A DNA stretch of 64,000 nt, taken from assembly GCA_013150915.1 (NCBI GenBank), contig JAADJE010000031.1, forward strand, positions 11,139-75,138. Reading direction: 5' to 3'. Under the pieces are notes generated by a model, which made no database searches, had not been told where the DNA came from, and saw only the letters and a program-made list of their open reading frames with translations. A program made the position numbers and the translations under genes. Below are positions 1 through 11,355 of the stretch, in pieces (within the stretch, counting starts at the first letter, position 1; every line of letters starts with the position of its first letter). This DNA comes from Gammaproteobacteria bacterium (GTDB lineage: Bacteria > Pseudomonadota > Gammaproteobacteria > BMS3Bbin11).

Positions 1-113
1 AACGCGGCAATCTCTTGATGTAAGATCAGGATCCAAGTTCTCCACAATGATGTTTTGTTAACTGTGGCCTGAAGCTATTGAATATGAAGATTAGGACCAA
101 TTAAGGAATTGAA

Positions 114-590
114 ATGGAAAGTTTGCCATTAACCAGTAAGGGCGCAGAACGTTTGCGTGAAGAGCTTAAACATTTAAAGCAAGTTGCCCGCCCAAAAGTG
201 ATAGATGCTATTGCTGAAGCGCGCGCCCATGGTGATTTATCCGAAAATGCCGAATATCACGCTGCGCGTGAGGAACAGGGTTTCATAGAGGGCCGAATCA
301 AGGAGCTTGATAGTTCTCTAGGTCAGGCCCAGATTATAGATCCTACGACTCTGGATGCAGGTGGGCGTGTTGTTTTCAGTGCAACAGTGCAGTTGCTTAA
401 TATCGCTACAGGAGATGAAGTGACTTATCAGATTGTCGGCAATCTGGAATCAGATATTGAAAAATTGAAAATCTCTGTCAGTTCCCCTATTGCTCGTGCA
501 CTAATCGGCAAGGAAGAAGGCGATGAAGTTGCCGTGCAGACCCCAGGTGGCATAACTACGTATGAGATTTTATGTGTCAAATATATCTAA
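114..590 (+). CDS. greA: transcription elongation factor GreA
   Basis: 158-aa ORF with the typical GreA N-terminal coiled-coil and C-terminal FKBP-like region (…[21 protein letters not shown]…); conserved neighbourhood with yhbY/rlmE/ftsH. Confidence 0.9.
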   Translation: MESLPLTSKGAERLREELKHLKQVARPKVIDAIAEARAHGDLSENAEYHAAREEQGFIEGRIKELDSSLGQAQIIDPTTLDAGGRVVFSATVQLLNIATGDEVTYQIVGNLESDIEKLKISVSSPIARALIGKEEGDEVAVQTPGGITTYEILCVKYI

Positions 591-1056
591 TGGCAGAATT
601 ACGTTTAGAGCACTCCTCAACATTCAGCGTATCGTTCTGACACTCTGGATAGGGGGCCTGTGGACGGTAGGTTATTTAGTCGTCCCGGTGCTTTTCCATC
701 ACCTGCAAAATCCACTACTGGCAGGTCGGGTCGCAGGTGAGCTGTTTACCTTGATGAGTTGGTTTGGACTGGCTTCTGTACTGGTTCTTACAACTATTTA
801 TTCTTTTCTCGATCGTGCAAAATGGCGTTTCTTGGTTCTTTTTTTGGTTGCTGTTATTATTGCCATCAATCTATTTTACCTGATACCTGAAACTACCGGT
901 TTGAGGGATATGGCTGCTGATGTGTTAGAAAAAGGGACGAGGAACCACAATCGTTTCGCCATGTTGCATGGCATTGCTAGTGGACTTTATCTGCTGGTTA
1001 GCCTGTTAGGTTTATTGCTGGTGATTCGACAGCCCGAGAAGAGCTTACTTCCGTAG
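562..1056 (+). CDS. hypothetical small integral membrane protein (4 predicted TM helices)
   Basis: 164-aa ORF with strongly hydrophobic segments; start uncertain because it overlaps the greA 3' end; no recognisable family. Confidence 0.4.
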   Translation: MRFYVSNISNGRITFRALLNIQRIVLTLWIGGLWTVGYLVVPVLFHHLQNPLLAGRVAGELFTLMSWFGLASVLVLTTIYSFLDRAKWRFLVLFLVAVIIAINLFYLIPETTGLRDMAADVLEKGTRNHNRFAMLHGIASGLYLLVSLLGLLLVIRQPEKSLLP

Positions 1057-1083
1057 ATTATGAATTTATTTACACAAAGAATT

Positions 1084-1377
1084 TCACGCTGGAAGTTTAA
1101 TTTTATTTTTTTTACTTGGACGAAATATTACCGCAACCTTTCCAATCTGCTGGACCAGCTCAGCAGAGGTGGATGAGCAAATATCCTGAATAAGCTTTTT
1201 ACGCAAATCTCGGTTATCCGTGGCAATCCTTATTTTCAATAGCTCATGATACTTGAGTGTCGATTCAAGCTCAGACATAACCGCATCAGTAAGCCCGGAA
1301 GCACCGATACTGACTGCTGCAGATAATGGATGCGCCAGGCCACGTAGATAGGATGTTTGCAGACGGTTGAGAGACAT
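1084..1377 (-). CDS. yhbY: ribosome assembly RNA-binding protein YhbY (CRM domain)
   Basis: 97 aa, collinear match to E. coli YhbY (…LRGLAHPL…ELLKIRIATDNRD…IGKVAVIFRPSK…). Confidence 0.85.
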   Translation of the reverse strand: MSLNRLQTSYLRGLAHPLSAAVSIGASGLTDAVMSELESTLKYHELLKIRIATDNRDLRKKLIQDICSSTSAELVQQIGKVAVIFRPSKKNKIKLPA

Positions 1378-1498
1378 TTAATCAAACTCTGGGCATCGTA
1401 GCCCGAAAGAAAAGGCGTAATTGTACAATGAATAAGGCGAATATTCTCCTCGATAATAGTAGAGGTATAGGAGTCAAAGCTAGATGGGTTCATAAGGC

Positions 1499-2131
1499 AT
1501 GAGTTCTGGCAAAAAACATCGTTTTGGCCGTAACTGGATGAATGAGCACGTAAATGACAGTTATGTCAAAAAGGCTAAAAAGGCCGGTTATCGCGCCAGG
1601 TCTGCATATAAGCTGGAAGAAATAGATAAAAGGGACAGGCTTTTACGCCCCGGGATGAATGTGGTTGATCTGGGCGCAGCCCCCGGGAGTTGGTGTCAAT
1701 ATGCTCGTTCCCGGCTGGGGGAAAAGGACTGCCTGCTTGCTGTAGATTTACTCCCGATAGACGCTATAGAGGGTGTGGCGTTTCTACGGGGTGATTTTAC
1801 AGAAGAAAAGATTCGCTTAAAGCTTGGCGAGATGATGGATGGTAGGGGTGTTGACCTTGTGTTATCTGACATGGCCCCCAATATAAGTGGTATAGGCCTT
1901 TCTGATCAAGCCAGATCTATCGGTTTGGCGGAAGAGGTGCTGGACTGGAGTCGCTCGGTACTGGTGCACGACGGCACCCTGCTGATGAAGGTGTTTCAGG
2001 GCGGAGGCTTTGATCACCTTCGACAGGAGTTGTTGACTGTATTTCGTTCGGTTGTGTCACGGAAACCGGGCGCATCGCGTTCCCGCAGCTCGGAAGTCTT
2101 TTTGCTCGCTCGTGGCTTTAAGGGCGAATAA
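1499..2131 (+). CDS. rlmE: 23S rRNA (uridine2552-2'-O)-methyltransferase RlmE/FtsJ
   Basis: 210 aa; SAM-binding motif VVDLGAAPGSW; conserved position immediately upstream of ftsH. Confidence 0.9.
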   Translation: MSSGKKHRFGRNWMNEHVNDSYVKKAKKAGYRARSAYKLEEIDKRDRLLRPGMNVVDLGAAPGSWCQYARSRLGEKDCLLAVDLLPIDAIEGVAFLRGDFTEEKIRLKLGEMMDGRGVDLVLSDMAPNISGIGLSDQARSIGLAEEVLDWSRSVLVHDGTLLMKVFQGGGFDHLRQELLTVFRSVVSRKPGASRSRSSEVFLLARGFKGE

Positions 2132-2239
2132 AAGGCGAGAGGATCACCTATTATTTCCAGCTTTTCATTGTATCACGGTATCTGGCAGGGCAGAATGTAC
2201 ACATTGCTATCTTACTCATATAACTATTGAGGCACTAGT

Positions 2240-4150
2240 TTGAACAATATCTCTAAAAATCTCGTCATGTGGCTGGTTATTGCGATCGTGCTGATGACCA
2301 TATTCAACAATTTTGCACCACGTCAGCAGGCGCAGACGACAAAGCTGGATTACTCTTCATTCGTAGCCGATGTGAGACAGGGCCAGATAAGTAAAGTGAC
2401 CATATCTGGCCGAAATATTACAGGCACTCGTCAGGATGGGTCATCTTTCAAGACCTATTCACCGGATGATCCGGATTTGATCAATGACTTGCTCAAGAAT
2501 GGTGTTGTTGTTGATGCAAAAGAACCCGAGAAACCCTCATTGCTGATGAGTATTTTTATCAGCTGGTTCCCGTTGTTGCTGTTGATTGGTGTCTGGATAT
2601 TCTTCATGCGGCAGATGCAGGGTGGGGGAGGTCGCGGTGCCATGAGTTTTGGTAAGAGCAAGGCGCGTATGCTGTCCGATGACAAGAACAAGGTAACCTT
2701 CGAGGATGTCGCAGGCGTTGAAGAGGCCAAGGAAGAGGTTGCCGAACTGGTAGAATTTCTGCGTGACCCGTCACGGTTTCAGAAGCTGGGTGGAAAAATT
2801 CCTCAGGGTGTGTTGATGACAGGGGCACCTGGTACCGGTAAAACTCTACTGGCCAGAGCGATTGCCGGTGAGGCCAAGGTGCCGTTCTTCACCATTTCAG
2901 GTTCAGATTTTGTAGAAATGTTTGTCGGTGTTGGTGCTTCGCGTGTGCGTGATATGTTTGAACAGGGAAAGAAGCACGCTCCCTGTATTATCTTTATCGA
3001 TGAAATAGATGCGGTAGGTCGCCACCGTGGTGCCGGCCTTGGCGGTGGTCACGATGAACGTGAACAAACATTGAACCAGTTGCTGGTGGAAATGGATGGT
3101 TTTGAAGGTAATGAAGGCGTTATCGTTATTGCTGCCACAAACCGTCCTGACGTGCTTGATCCTGCGCTGCTCCGGCCCGGTCGTTTTGATCGCCAGGTTT
3201 ATGTGCCGTTGCCGGATATCCGTGGTAGAGAACAAATACTTAAAGTCCACATGCGCAAGGTACCCATTGATGATGATGTAGATGCCGGTATTATTGCGCG
3301 TGGTACACCGGGTTTTTCTGGCGCTGATCTGGCCAACCTGATCAATGAGGCCGCCCTGTTTGCAGCCAGAGGCAATCTACGAACCGTTAAAATGGAACAG
3401 TTTGAACTGGCCAAAGACAAGATTATTATGGGTGTTGAACGACGTTCCATTATCATGCCGGAAGAAGAACGGCGAAATACGGCCTATCATGAAGCCGGGC
3501 ACACAATTGTTGCCAAGGTGCTACCCGGTACAGATCCCGTACACAAAGTGACTATCATACCCCGCGGTAGGGCACTGGGCGTCACAATGCAACTACCGGT
3601 GGAAGATCGATACAGCCACACCCGCAGCTATCTGCTGTCCAATATCGCTGTGCTGATGGGTGGTCGTATCGGTGAAGAGATCTTTATGAAACAGATGACC
3701 ACTGGCGCATCGAACGATTTTGAACGAGCCACCGATATGGCCAGAAATATGGTCGTACGCTGGGGCATGAGTGACCTGATGGGGACCCGTGTTTATGGCG
3801 AAAATGAAAGCGAAATTTTCCTCGGTAGAGACGTAACGACGCATAAAAACCTGAGCAATTCGACGGCAGAGTTGGTCGATAAGGAGATCCGTCGAATTGT
3901 TGACGAACAATATGCACGTGCTCGGCAGGTTGTCGAAGAAAATAAAGATAAAATGGAAATCATGGCCAAGGCTTTACTTGAATGGGAAACGCTTGATTCC
4001 GATCAGATTGATGACATCATGGCCGGCAAGGATCCACAGCCACCGGCTGAGATTCCTGAGAATAAATCAGGCAAAGGTGATCCCTCCAGTGACAAGAGTG
4101 ATAAAAAGGGTCCTGAACCAAAAATGGATGAACCGGCAGGTGAACACTGA
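2240..4150 (+). CDS. ftsH: ATP-dependent zinc metalloprotease FtsH
   Basis: 636 aa; N-terminal TM anchor, AAA+ Walker A GAPGTGKT, second region of homology, zinc motif HEAGH; predicted TTG start at 2240 (in-frame ATG at 2267 is the alternative). Confidence 0.92.
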   Translation: MNNISKNLVMWLVIAIVLMTIFNNFAPRQQAQTTKLDYSSFVADVRQGQISKVTISGRNITGTRQDGSSFKTYSPDDPDLINDLLKNGVVVDAKEPEKPSLLMSIFISWFPLLLLIGVWIFFMRQMQGGGGRGAMSFGKSKARMLSDDKNKVTFEDVAGVEEAKEEVAELVEFLRDPSRFQKLGGKIPQGVLMTGAPGTGKTLLARAIAGEAKVPFFTISGSDFVEMFVGVGASRVRDMFEQGKKHAPCIIFIDEIDAVGRHRGAGLGGGHDEREQTLNQLLVEMDGFEGNEGVIVIAATNRPDVLDPALLRPGRFDRQVYVPLPDIRGREQILKVHMRKVPIDDDVDAGIIARGTPGFSGADLANLINEAALFAARGNLRTVKMEQFELAKDKIIMGVERRSIIMPEEERRNTAYHEAGHTIVAKVLPGTDPVHKVTIIPRGRALGVTMQLPVEDRYSHTRSYLLSNIAVLMGGRIGEEIFMKQMTTGASNDFERATDMARNMVVRWGMSDLMGTRVYGENESEIFLGRDVTTHKNLSNSTAELVDKEIRRIVDEQYARARQVVEENKDKMEIMAKALLEWETLDSDQIDDIMAGKDPQPPAEIPENKSGKGDPSSDKSDKKGPEPKMDEPAGEH

Positions 4151-4229
4151 ACCATTTGTCATGGCGAGGAACGCAGTGATGCAGTCTTCTGAATGAATTA
4201 TTTTCATTTGGGGAGGTTGCCGCGCTTCG

Positions 4230-5132
4230 ATGCTCGTGACTGAGGAGTTGAAGAAATACCCGAAGGGTACAATGACGGGCTCCCCTAATTTAAAAACAAA
4301 AGATCGTTCTCCACTCCTGCAAACGGGGCGGGCAGCCATCATGGGCATACTCAATGTGACCCCCGATTCTTTTTCAGACGGGGGTCTTTTTCTTGGTGTT
4401 GATGAGGCAGTTGATCATGCAGCCAGAATGATTGATGAAGGTGCTGATATCATCGATATCGGGGGTGAATCAACACGACCGGGGGCAACTCCAGTCAATG
4501 TTGATGAAGAAATGCGGCGTGTTATTCCGATCATAGAGGGACTGGTAAGACGCTTTGATGTGGCCATTTCTATTGATACATCAAAGGCCATGGTGATGGA
4601 TGCAGCGGTGAATGCCGGTGCAACCATGATCAATGACGTGCACGCTCTAACGGAGAAAGATGCACTCAGTATTGCTGCAGAGCTAAACGTGCCAGTTTGC
4701 CTGATGCATATGCAGGGCCAACCAGGAACCATGCAACTTAACCCTGTTTATGAAGATGTGACGGCGAGCATCAGGGAATATCTGTCACAACGTGTAACTG
4801 CCTGCATAGAGGCTGGCCTGGATATCAAGAACTTGATACTCGATCCGGGATTTGGTTTTGGCAAGTCGCAGAAGCAAAATTTTACTCTATTAAATGAACT
4901 GCAGTCCGTCAGGAGCCATGGTCTGCCAATTCTGGCAGGTCTGTCTCGCAAGAGTGTGATTGGGCAGGCTTTGGGTTTGGCAGTTGATGATAGAGTCTCT
5001 GCCAGTATTGCACTGGCCTTGCTGGCGGTGCGTAATGGTGCCAATATTGTCAGGGTTCACGATGTGAAGGCAACAACGGAGGCTATACGTATAATGGAGG
5101 TAGTGGAAAAAGTGGGAAAAGAAAGTTCATGA
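4230..5132 (+). CDS. folP: dihydropteroate synthase
   Basis: Pterin-binding motif MGILNVTPDSFSDGG and DIGGESTRPG; start could be the internal ATG at 4341. Confidence 0.85.
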   Translation: MLVTEELKKYPKGTMTGSPNLKTKDRSPLLQTGRAAIMGILNVTPDSFSDGGLFLGVDEAVDHAARMIDEGADIIDIGGESTRPGATPVNVDEEMRRVIPIIEGLVRRFDVAISIDTSKAMVMDAAVNAGATMINDVHALTEKDALSIAAELNVPVCLMHMQGQPGTMQLNPVYEDVTASIREYLSQRVTACIEAGLDIKNLILDPGFGFGKSQKQNFTLLNELQSVRSHGLPILAGLSRKSVIGQALGLAVDDRVSASIALALLAVRNGANIVRVHDVKATTEAIRIMEVVEKVGKESS

Positions 5133-6472
5133 AATATTTTGGTACAGATGGCATCCGTGGCCGCATGGGGGAGGAGCCGATTACGCCCTCCACAGTGATG
5201 AAATTAGGTTGGGCACTGGGCAAGGTGCTGGGTAGCAATGGGGATACCCGTGGCAAGATAATCATAGGTAAAGATACTCGTGTTTCAGGCTACCTGCTTG
5301 AATCTGCAATGGAGGCTGGCCTCATATCCGCCGGTGTTGATGTCAGCCTTCTGGGGCCAATGCCGACACCGGGTATTGCCTATCTGGCGCGTACAGCGCG
5401 TGCACAGGCCGGGGTGGTAATCAGCGCTTCGCACAACCCTTATTCTGACAACGGCATCAAATTCTTCTCTACAGCGGGGGAGAAATTACCTGATGAGGCT
5501 GAACAGGCGATAGAACAGATGATGCAGCAGCCTTTCAAGACTGTTGATTCCCGCGACCTGGGTAAGGCCAGCCGATACCCTGATGCTGCTGGGCGTTATA
5601 TAGAATATTGCAAGGCGACAATTGGCAATCAAGTTAGCCTGGAAGGGCTGAATATTGTACTGGATTGTGCAAACGGTGCCAGTTATCACATTGCACCCAG
5701 TGTCTTATCAGAATTGGGGGCCCGATTACACGTGATCGGTGATGAGCCCGATGGTTTCAATATTAATGAAGGATACGGCGCTACGGATACCGCTGCATTA
5801 CGTTCTGAAGTTGTAAAGCAAGGTGCTGATCTGGGTATTGCACTGGATGGTGACGGTGATCGCCTGATCATGGTCGATCATCGTGGAGAGGTCATTAATG
5901 GTGACAAGTTGATTCTCATTATGGCACTGGCTCGATCTCAGCGTGGTGAACTGCAGGGTGGCATTGTTGGCACGGTGATGAGTAATCTTGGAATGGAACA
6001 GGCGTTGCGTGCAAATAAGATTGATTTTCTTAGGGCCGCCGTTGGTGACCGTTATGTGCTGGAAACGATGAAGAAAAATGGCTGGCAATTAGGGGGTGAA
6101 GCCTCCGGGCATATAATTTGCCTGGATAAATCAACCACAGGCGATGGTATTGTTGCGGCCCTGGAGGTGTTGCAAGTTATGCATGATAGCGGCAATACAC
6201 TGGCTGAACTTGCTGGAGAGATGGAAACTTGTCCACAAATGATGATTAATGTTGAGATTTCGTGTGATTTTAATCTAAACGATAACTCCCTTATCAGGAA
6301 TGCAGTGACCGCGACGGAAAAAGAACTTGGTGACCGCGGGCGCGTTGTACTCAGGCCATCTGGAACAGAAGCTTTGATCAGGGTAATGATTGAAGGCGTC
6401 GATGCCTCACAGGTAAAAAGCCATTGCGAGTCACTGGCTGAAGTCGTTCGCCAGGCAGCGGCTGCGAACTAA
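5129..6472 (+). CDS. glmM: phosphoglucosamine mutase
   Basis: 447 aa; N-terminal MKYFGTDGIRG, active-site SASHNP, GDGDR Mg-binding loop; ATGA overlap with folP. Confidence 0.92.
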   Translation: MKYFGTDGIRGRMGEEPITPSTVMKLGWALGKVLGSNGDTRGKIIIGKDTRVSGYLLESAMEAGLISAGVDVSLLGPMPTPGIAYLARTARAQAGVVISASHNPYSDNGIKFFSTAGEKLPDEAEQAIEQMMQQPFKTVDSRDLGKASRYPDAAGRYIEYCKATIGNQVSLEGLNIVLDCANGASYHIAPSVLSELGARLHVIGDEPDGFNINEGYGATDTAALRSEVVKQGADLGIALDGDGDRLIMVDHRGEVINGDKLILIMALARSQRGELQGGIVGTVMSNLGMEQALRANKIDFLRAAVGDRYVLETMKKNGWQLGGEASGHIICLDKSTTGDGIVAALEVLQVMHDSGNTLAELAGEMETCPQMMINVEISCDFNLNDNSLIRNAVTATEKELGDRGRVVLRPSGTEALIRVMIEGVDASQVKSHCESLAEVVRQAAAAN

Positions 6473-6551
6473 CTAACGTACATTGATTTTCAGGCGCTTC
6501 ACGCGTACCATTGCGCCCCCATCATATATGGTAAAAATACAGGAGTATTGA

Positions 6552-7307
6552 ATGCGTCGTCCCCTGGTTGCTGGAAACTGGAAGATGAATGGTGACTCAA
6601 AGAGCACTGTAAATTTGGTCAATGGTATTGCAAATGGTCGAGCTGAGGTTATCAATGCGGAAGTGCTTATTTGCCCACCTTATATATTAATCCCACGTGC
6701 AGCCGATACCTTAAACGGACGTGATGATGTTTTCCTTGGTGCCCAGGATCTGGATATAAATGAAAGCGGTGCATTTACTGGCCAGATATCTGCTTCCATG
6801 TTAGTAGATGCCGGCTGTAAGTATGTATTAGTTGGCCACTCAGAGCGTCGTGCACTCTATGGTGAAAGCGACCAGGACGTAGCAGCCAAGTTCGATGCCG
6901 CACAAAAGGGTGCTCTTATCCCCGTGTTATGTGTGGGCGAAACTCTGGCTGAAAGAGAGTCCGGTGACACTGAAACTGTTGTAGCTCGCCAGTTGCAGGC
7001 GATTATTGATCTCGTCGGTGCTGAAAAACTGGCAGATTCTGTCATCGCCTATGAACCTGTTTGGGCAATTGGTACCGGTGTTACAGCGTCACCGGAGCAG
7101 GCACAGGATGTCCACAAGTTTATACGCGATATGCTTGCAGTTCTGAGTACAGATTTAGCAGAAAATATGCAGATTCTTTACGGCGGGAGTATGAATCCTG
7201 GAAATGCCAGTGCACTCATCGGTATGCAAGATATCGATGGTGGTCTAATTGGTGGAGCATCTCTTCAGGCAGAGAGCTTTCTTGCAATATGTAAATCTGC
7301 TAATTAA
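6552..7307 (+). CDS. tpiA: triosephosphate isomerase
   Basis: 251 aa; NWKMNG start, catalytic VGHSERR and AYEPVWAIGTG motifs. Confidence 0.92.
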   Translation: MRRPLVAGNWKMNGDSKSTVNLVNGIANGRAEVINAEVLICPPYILIPRAADTLNGRDDVFLGAQDLDINESGAFTGQISASMLVDAGCKYVLVGHSERRALYGESDQDVAAKFDAAQKGALIPVLCVGETLAERESGDTETVVARQLQAIIDLVGAEKLADSVIAYEPVWAIGTGVTASPEQAQDVHKFIRDMLAVLSTDLAENMQILYGGSMNPGNASALIGMQDIDGGLIGGASLQAESFLAICKSAN

Positions 7308-7353
7308 TTATCCATATTGAACAATCAATATGTAATCGAATAAATCAATCATC

Positions 7354-7806
7354 ATGGTTAATATACTGATAGCAATACACGTACTGGTCGCCATAGCCAT
7401 CGTCGGACTGGTGCTGGTACAGCACGGTAAGGGTGCCGATGCAGGTGCTGCATTTGGCGGTGGAGGTGGGGGGGCTTCTGGATCTCTTTTTGGTAGTCAG
7501 GGTTCGGCGAATTTTCTTTCACGCACAACGGCGGTACTTGCTACGGTTTTCTTTTTGACGAGTCTGTCACTTACCTACCTTTACAGCAAGTCAGCAAAGC
7601 TGACCAGCGTAACAGACAGTGTTATTCAGGAGGTTGAGAAGACTCCACCTGTAAAGACAGAAACCATGCCGTCTATACCTGCCGGCGATGTTAATGGGTT
7701 AATAAAGAATGTCCCTGTATTACCAGCCACAGACACGGGTTCACCGACTGCTGATATTCCAGCAATCCCTGATTTACCCGAGGTGCCTGGTAAAAATAAG
7801 GAATAG
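7354..7806 (+). CDS. secG: preprotein translocase subunit SecG (with long Pro/Thr-rich C-terminal extension)
   Basis: N-terminal 75 aa match SecG (two TM helices flanking a Gly-rich loop GGGGGGASGSLFG); ~70 extra low-complexity residues at the C-terminus. Confidence 0.85.
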   Translation: MVNILIAIHVLVAIAIVGLVLVQHGKGADAGAAFGGGGGGASGSLFGSQGSANFLSRTTAVLATVFFLTSLSLTYLYSKSAKLTSVTDSVIQEVEKTPPVKTETMPSIPAGDVNGLIKNVPVLPATDTGSPTADIPAIPDLPEVPGKNKE

Positions 7807-7812
7807 AACATT

Positions 7813-7897
7813 GCCGAAGTGGTGAAATTGGTAGACACGCCGTCTTGAGGGGGCGGTGACGCAAGTCATGCCGGTTCGAGTCCGGCCTTCGGCACCA
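7813..7897 (+). tRNA. tRNA-Leu (anticodon GAG), type II tRNA with long variable arm, CCA encoded
   Basis: Near-identical architecture to E. coli leuU: GCCGAAG acceptor, D-arm GTGAAATTGGTAGAC, anticodon stem CCGTC/GGCGG with loop TTGAGGG, long variable arm, T-arm GGTTCGAGTCC, terminal CACCA. Confidence 0.85.
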
Positions 7898-7918
7898 TAA
7901 TTATTAAATAGGGGTGCC

Positions 7919-7950
7919 CTTCAGTCATAAGGCGGACTGAAATTTCTTTT
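7919..7950 (+). terminator. putative intrinsic terminator after secG-tRNA-Leu
   Basis: Inverted repeat CTTCAGTC…GACTGAA followed by TTTCTTTT. Confidence 0.4.
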
Positions 7951-8034
7951 CCTGCAATAAATAATACTTGTGCTGACTTTCCGAGGGATATTGTAAGTTA
8001 TTGAATTATAACAATTAATTAGTCTTGCTCTGGC

Positions 8035-8063
8035 TTGACACACGGGGCAAGCCGTCCTAGACT
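8035..8063 (+). promoter_or_regulatory. candidate sigma70 promoter of the nuo operon
   Basis: TTGACA - 17 nt - TAGACT about 70 nt upstream of nuoA, preceded by an AT-rich UP-like stretch. Confidence 0.4.
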
Positions 8064-8131
8064 GTGCGATTCGCTTTTTTGTCACGCGAAGGGGGGAGCG
8101 ACATGCCAAGAGCTACGGTCAATATTATAAA

Positions 8132-8512
8132 ATGACAATGCTTGAAAACTATATACCGATTCTGGTGTTCATTGCCGTGGGCTTTATGTTCGGTGCAATG
8201 CTTATCATGTTTGGCAAGATTTTTAGCAAGTTACTGAAAGTCGATCGTCCTGGTCCCGCCAAACTGTCACCTTTTGAATGCGGCTTTGATGAATTTGAAG
8301 ACGCACGCATGAAATTTGACGTACGCTACTATCTGGTAGCCATACTGTTTATTATTTTTGACCTTGAAATAGCCTTTCTTTTTCCCTGGGCGATCGTTTT
8401 ACAGGAAGAGTCCGTCGGCATGTTCGGCTTTGTCTCAATGATGATTTTCCTTGGAATACTGGTCATTGGTTTCATATATGAATGGACAAAAGGAGCGCTG
8501 GAATGGGAGTGA
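8132..8512 (+). CDS. nuoA: NADH-quinone oxidoreductase subunit A
   Basis: 126 aa, 3 TM helices, conserved FECGF and [14 protein letters not shown] motifs. Confidence 0.9.
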   Translation: MTMLENYIPILVFIAVGFMFGAMLIMFGKIFSKLLKVDRPGPAKLSPFECGFDEFEDARMKFDVRYYLVAILFIIFDLEIAFLFPWAIVLQEESVGMFGFVSMMIFLGILVIGFIYEWTKGALEWE

Positions 8513-9012
8513 ATAACAGCGTTGATGAGAAAGGCATCATTGAACAGGGTGTTGCTGAAAGCGGCTGGGCCACAACCACGGCAGACAGCCTGATTAATTG
8601 GGCACGCACTGGATCGATGTGGCCAGTAACCTTTGGTCTTGCCTGTTGTGCTGTCGAGATGATGCAGGCAGGTGCTGCGCGCTATGACCTTGACCGATTC
8701 GGTATTATGTTCCGACCCAGTCCCAGGCAGTCTGATGTTATGATTGTCGCGGGTACTCTTACCAACAAGATGGCTGCCCCATTACGCAAGGTCTACGATC
8801 AGATGGCAGAGCCACGCTGGGTTATCTCCATGGGGTCCTGTGCCAATGGCGGAGGCTACTACCATTATTCCTATTCTGTTGTACGCGGTTGCGATCGAAT
8901 CGTGCCTGTTGATGTCTATGTGCCAGGTTGTCCGCCGACAGCTGAAGCATTGTTATACGGCATACTGCAGTTACAGAAGAAGATACGAACCAACACCATT
9001 GCTCGTACCTGA
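8503..9012 (+). CDS. nuoB: NADH-quinone oxidoreductase subunit B
   Basis: N2 cluster ligands CCAVEMM…GSCANGGG…CPP; start assigned to ATG 8503 with AAGGAG RBS (the six-frame ORF begins earlier at 8482). Confidence 0.9.
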   Translation: MGVNNSVDEKGIIEQGVAESGWATTTADSLINWARTGSMWPVTFGLACCAVEMMQAGAARYDLDRFGIMFRPSPRQSDVMIVAGTLTNKMAAPLRKVYDQMAEPRWVISMGSCANGGGYYHYSYSVVRGCDRIVPVDVYVPGCPPTAEALLYGILQLQKKIRTNTIART

Positions 9013-9015
9013 CAG

Positions 9016-9621
9016 ATGAACAACATCGAAAGACTACAGGCGCTGCAAACGCGCATTACGGAAGTTGCGGGTAGTGCTATACAGTCTACTGAAATCGAAT
9101 TCGGTGAATTGACAATCGACCTGACTGACGATTCTCTGCATGATGTCTGTAGGAAATTACTCAGTGGTGAAAACTTCGCCTTTGATACCTTGATCGATGT
9201 TTGTGCGGTTGATTATCTTCATTATCGACAGGAGGCCGGCGAAAAATGGGATAAACCTAGATTTGCCGTGGTTTATCATCTACTTTCTACCTCTCGCAAC
9301 CAGCGTTTGCGGGTTCGCGTTTTCGTTGAAGAATCCTCGCCTGTGGTCGATTCAGTTATTGATATTTGGAGTTCTGCCAACTGGTTTGAACGTGAGGCCT
9401 TCGACCTTTTCGGTATCCTTTTCAAGGGTCACCCAGATCTGCGGCGAATTCTTACAGACTATGGGTTTGTCGGGCATCCATTTCGTAAAGATTTCCCACT
9501 GTCCGGTCATGTTGAAATGTGTTACGACGAAGAAAAAGGTCGGGTAATCTATCAGCCTGTTTCCATTGAACCTCGAGTTCTTGTCCCCAGGGTAATTCGG
9601 GAGGAGGGTTACGGTGCCTGA
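9016..9621 (+). CDS. nuoC: NADH-quinone oxidoreductase subunit C
   Basis: 201 aa 30-kDa subunit (…[12 protein letters not shown]…); not fused to nuoD. Confidence 0.9.
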   Translation: MNNIERLQALQTRITEVAGSAIQSTEIEFGELTIDLTDDSLHDVCRKLLSGENFAFDTLIDVCAVDYLHYRQEAGEKWDKPRFAVVYHLLSTSRNQRLRVRVFVEESSPVVDSVIDIWSSANWFEREAFDLFGILFKGHPDLRRILTDYGFVGHPFRKDFPLSGHVEMCYDEEKGRVIYQPVSIEPRVLVPRVIREEGYGA

Positions 9622-10867
9622 AATACGCAATTACACAATGAACTTTGGTCCGCAGCATCCAGCGGCACATGGCGTGTTGAGACTGGTGCTTGAACTGGAT
9701 GGTGAAGTGATACAACGTGCCGATCCACATATTGGCCTACTACATCGTGCTACTGAAAAACTTGCTGAGAGTAAACCCTATAATCAAAGTATTGGCTATA
9801 TGGACAGGCTCGATTATGTCTCCATGATGTCGAATGAGCATGCCTATGTGCTGGCAATAGAAAAAATGCTCGGCGTAGAAGTCCCTTTACGCGCGCAGTA
9901 TATCCGGGTCATGTTTGATGAAATTACGCGCATTTTGAATCATCTACTATGGTTGGGTACACATGGTCTGGATATTGGCGCAATGACCATGTTTCTCTAT
10001 TGTTTCAGAGAACGTGAAGACCTGATGGATATTTACGAGGCGGTATCCGGTGCACGTTTACACGCGACCTATTATCGTCCTGGCGGTGTCTACCGGGATT
10101 TGCCGGATCGTATGTCGCAGTACGAGCCATCTAAATGGCATGACCAGAAAGCCGTCGACCGCATGAATGAGAACCGCCAGGGTTCCCTGCTTGATTTCAT
10201 CTGGGATTTCACCGAACGTTTCCCTGCTCACGTCGATGAGTACGAAACATTATTAACGGATAACCGTATCTGGAAACAGCGCACCGTTGATATTGGTATT
10301 GTTTCTCCTGAACGGGCAAGAAATCTCGGCTTTACCGGGCCTATGCTACGTGCTTCAGGTATTGAGTGGGATCTACGTAAAAAACAGCCTTATGAAGTGT
10401 ATGACCGCCTGGATTTTGATATTCCTGTGGGCACTCATGGCGACAACTATGACCGTTACTTGGTGCGTATAGAAGAGTTTCGTCAATCTAATCGTATAAT
10501 TCGTCAGTGTGTTGAGTGGCTACGCAATAATCACGGTGCGGTGATGGTGGAAGACCATAAGATTGTTCCACCTAAGCGTGAATCCATGAAGCACGATATG
10601 GAAGCCCTGATCCATCACTTTAAATTATTTACTGAGGGTTTTTGTGTGCCACAGGGCCAGGCCTATGCTGCCGTTGAACACCCTAAGGGTGAATTCGGTA
10701 TCTATCTTGTATCAGATGGCGCCAACAAGCCTTATCGACTCAAGATTCGTGCCCCGGGTTTTGCGCACCTCTCTGCAATGGATGAAATGTCTAACGGACA
10801 CATGCTGGCTGATGTGGTGGCTATTATTGGTACGCTGGATATTGTTTTCGGAGAAATTGATCGATGA
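9614..10867 (+). CDS. nuoD: NADH-quinone oxidoreductase subunit D
   Basis: 417 aa 49-kDa subunit; …[10 protein letters not shown]…, …[15 protein letters not shown]… motifs. Confidence 0.92.
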   Translation: MPEIRNYTMNFGPQHPAAHGVLRLVLELDGEVIQRADPHIGLLHRATEKLAESKPYNQSIGYMDRLDYVSMMSNEHAYVLAIEKMLGVEVPLRAQYIRVMFDEITRILNHLLWLGTHGLDIGAMTMFLYCFREREDLMDIYEAVSGARLHATYYRPGGVYRDLPDRMSQYEPSKWHDQKAVDRMNENRQGSLLDFIWDFTERFPAHVDEYETLLTDNRIWKQRTVDIGIVSPERARNLGFTGPMLRASGIEWDLRKKQPYEVYDRLDFDIPVGTHGDNYDRYLVRIEEFRQSNRIIRQCVEWLRNNHGAVMVEDHKIVPPKRESMKHDMEALIHHFKLFTEGFCVPQGQAYAAVEHPKGEFGIYLVSDGANKPYRLKIRAPGFAHLSAMDEMSNGHMLADVVAIIGTLDIVFGEIDR

Positions 10868-11355
10868 CTGCCCAGACTTTGTCTCCCGTCGCAATAAGCC
10901 AGATCGAAAAGGAACTTGAGAAGTATCCTGCTGATCGCAGACAGTCTGCAGTAATGGCCGCCTTACGTATTGTTCAGGAAGAGTTCCGATGGATTAGCAA
11001 CGATGTTATGCAGGAGGTTGCTGACTTGCTTGGTATTCCGGCTATCCATGTCTATGAAGTGGCTACGTTTTATTCCATGTATGAGCACAAGGATGTCGGT
11101 CTATACAAGATATGTGTCTGTACCAATATTTCCTGTCAGTTACGGGGGGCGAAAGAGATACTTGACTATCTACGGAAAAAAACAGGTATCGGGCCAGGTG
11201 AAACGACTGCGGATGGGCGCATTAGCATCAAGGAAGTGGAATGTCTGGGGGCCTGCGGCGGTGCGCCAATGATGCAGGTCAATAAGGAATATCATGAAAA
11301 TCTGACACCCGACAGTATCGACAATATACTTGATGGGCTGGATAGGCATGATTGA
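10864..11355 (+). CDS. nuoE: NADH-quinone oxidoreductase subunit E
   Basis: 163 aa 24-kDa subunit; thioredoxin-like [2Fe-2S] motifs CxxxxC…CLGACxxAP. Confidence 0.9.
   Translation: MTAQTLSPVAISQIEKELEKYPADRRQSAVMAALRIVQEEFRWISNDVMQEVADLLGIPAIHVYEVATFYSMYEHKDVGLYKICVCTNISCQLRGAKEILDYLRKKTGIGPGETTADGRISIKEVECLGACGGAPMMQVNKEYHENLTPDSIDNILDGLDRHD

Noticed and set aside
1236-1493. 85-aa minus-strand ORF overlapping yhbY
   Set aside because: It is out of frame with, and overlaps, the strongly supported yhbY gene. There is no homology.
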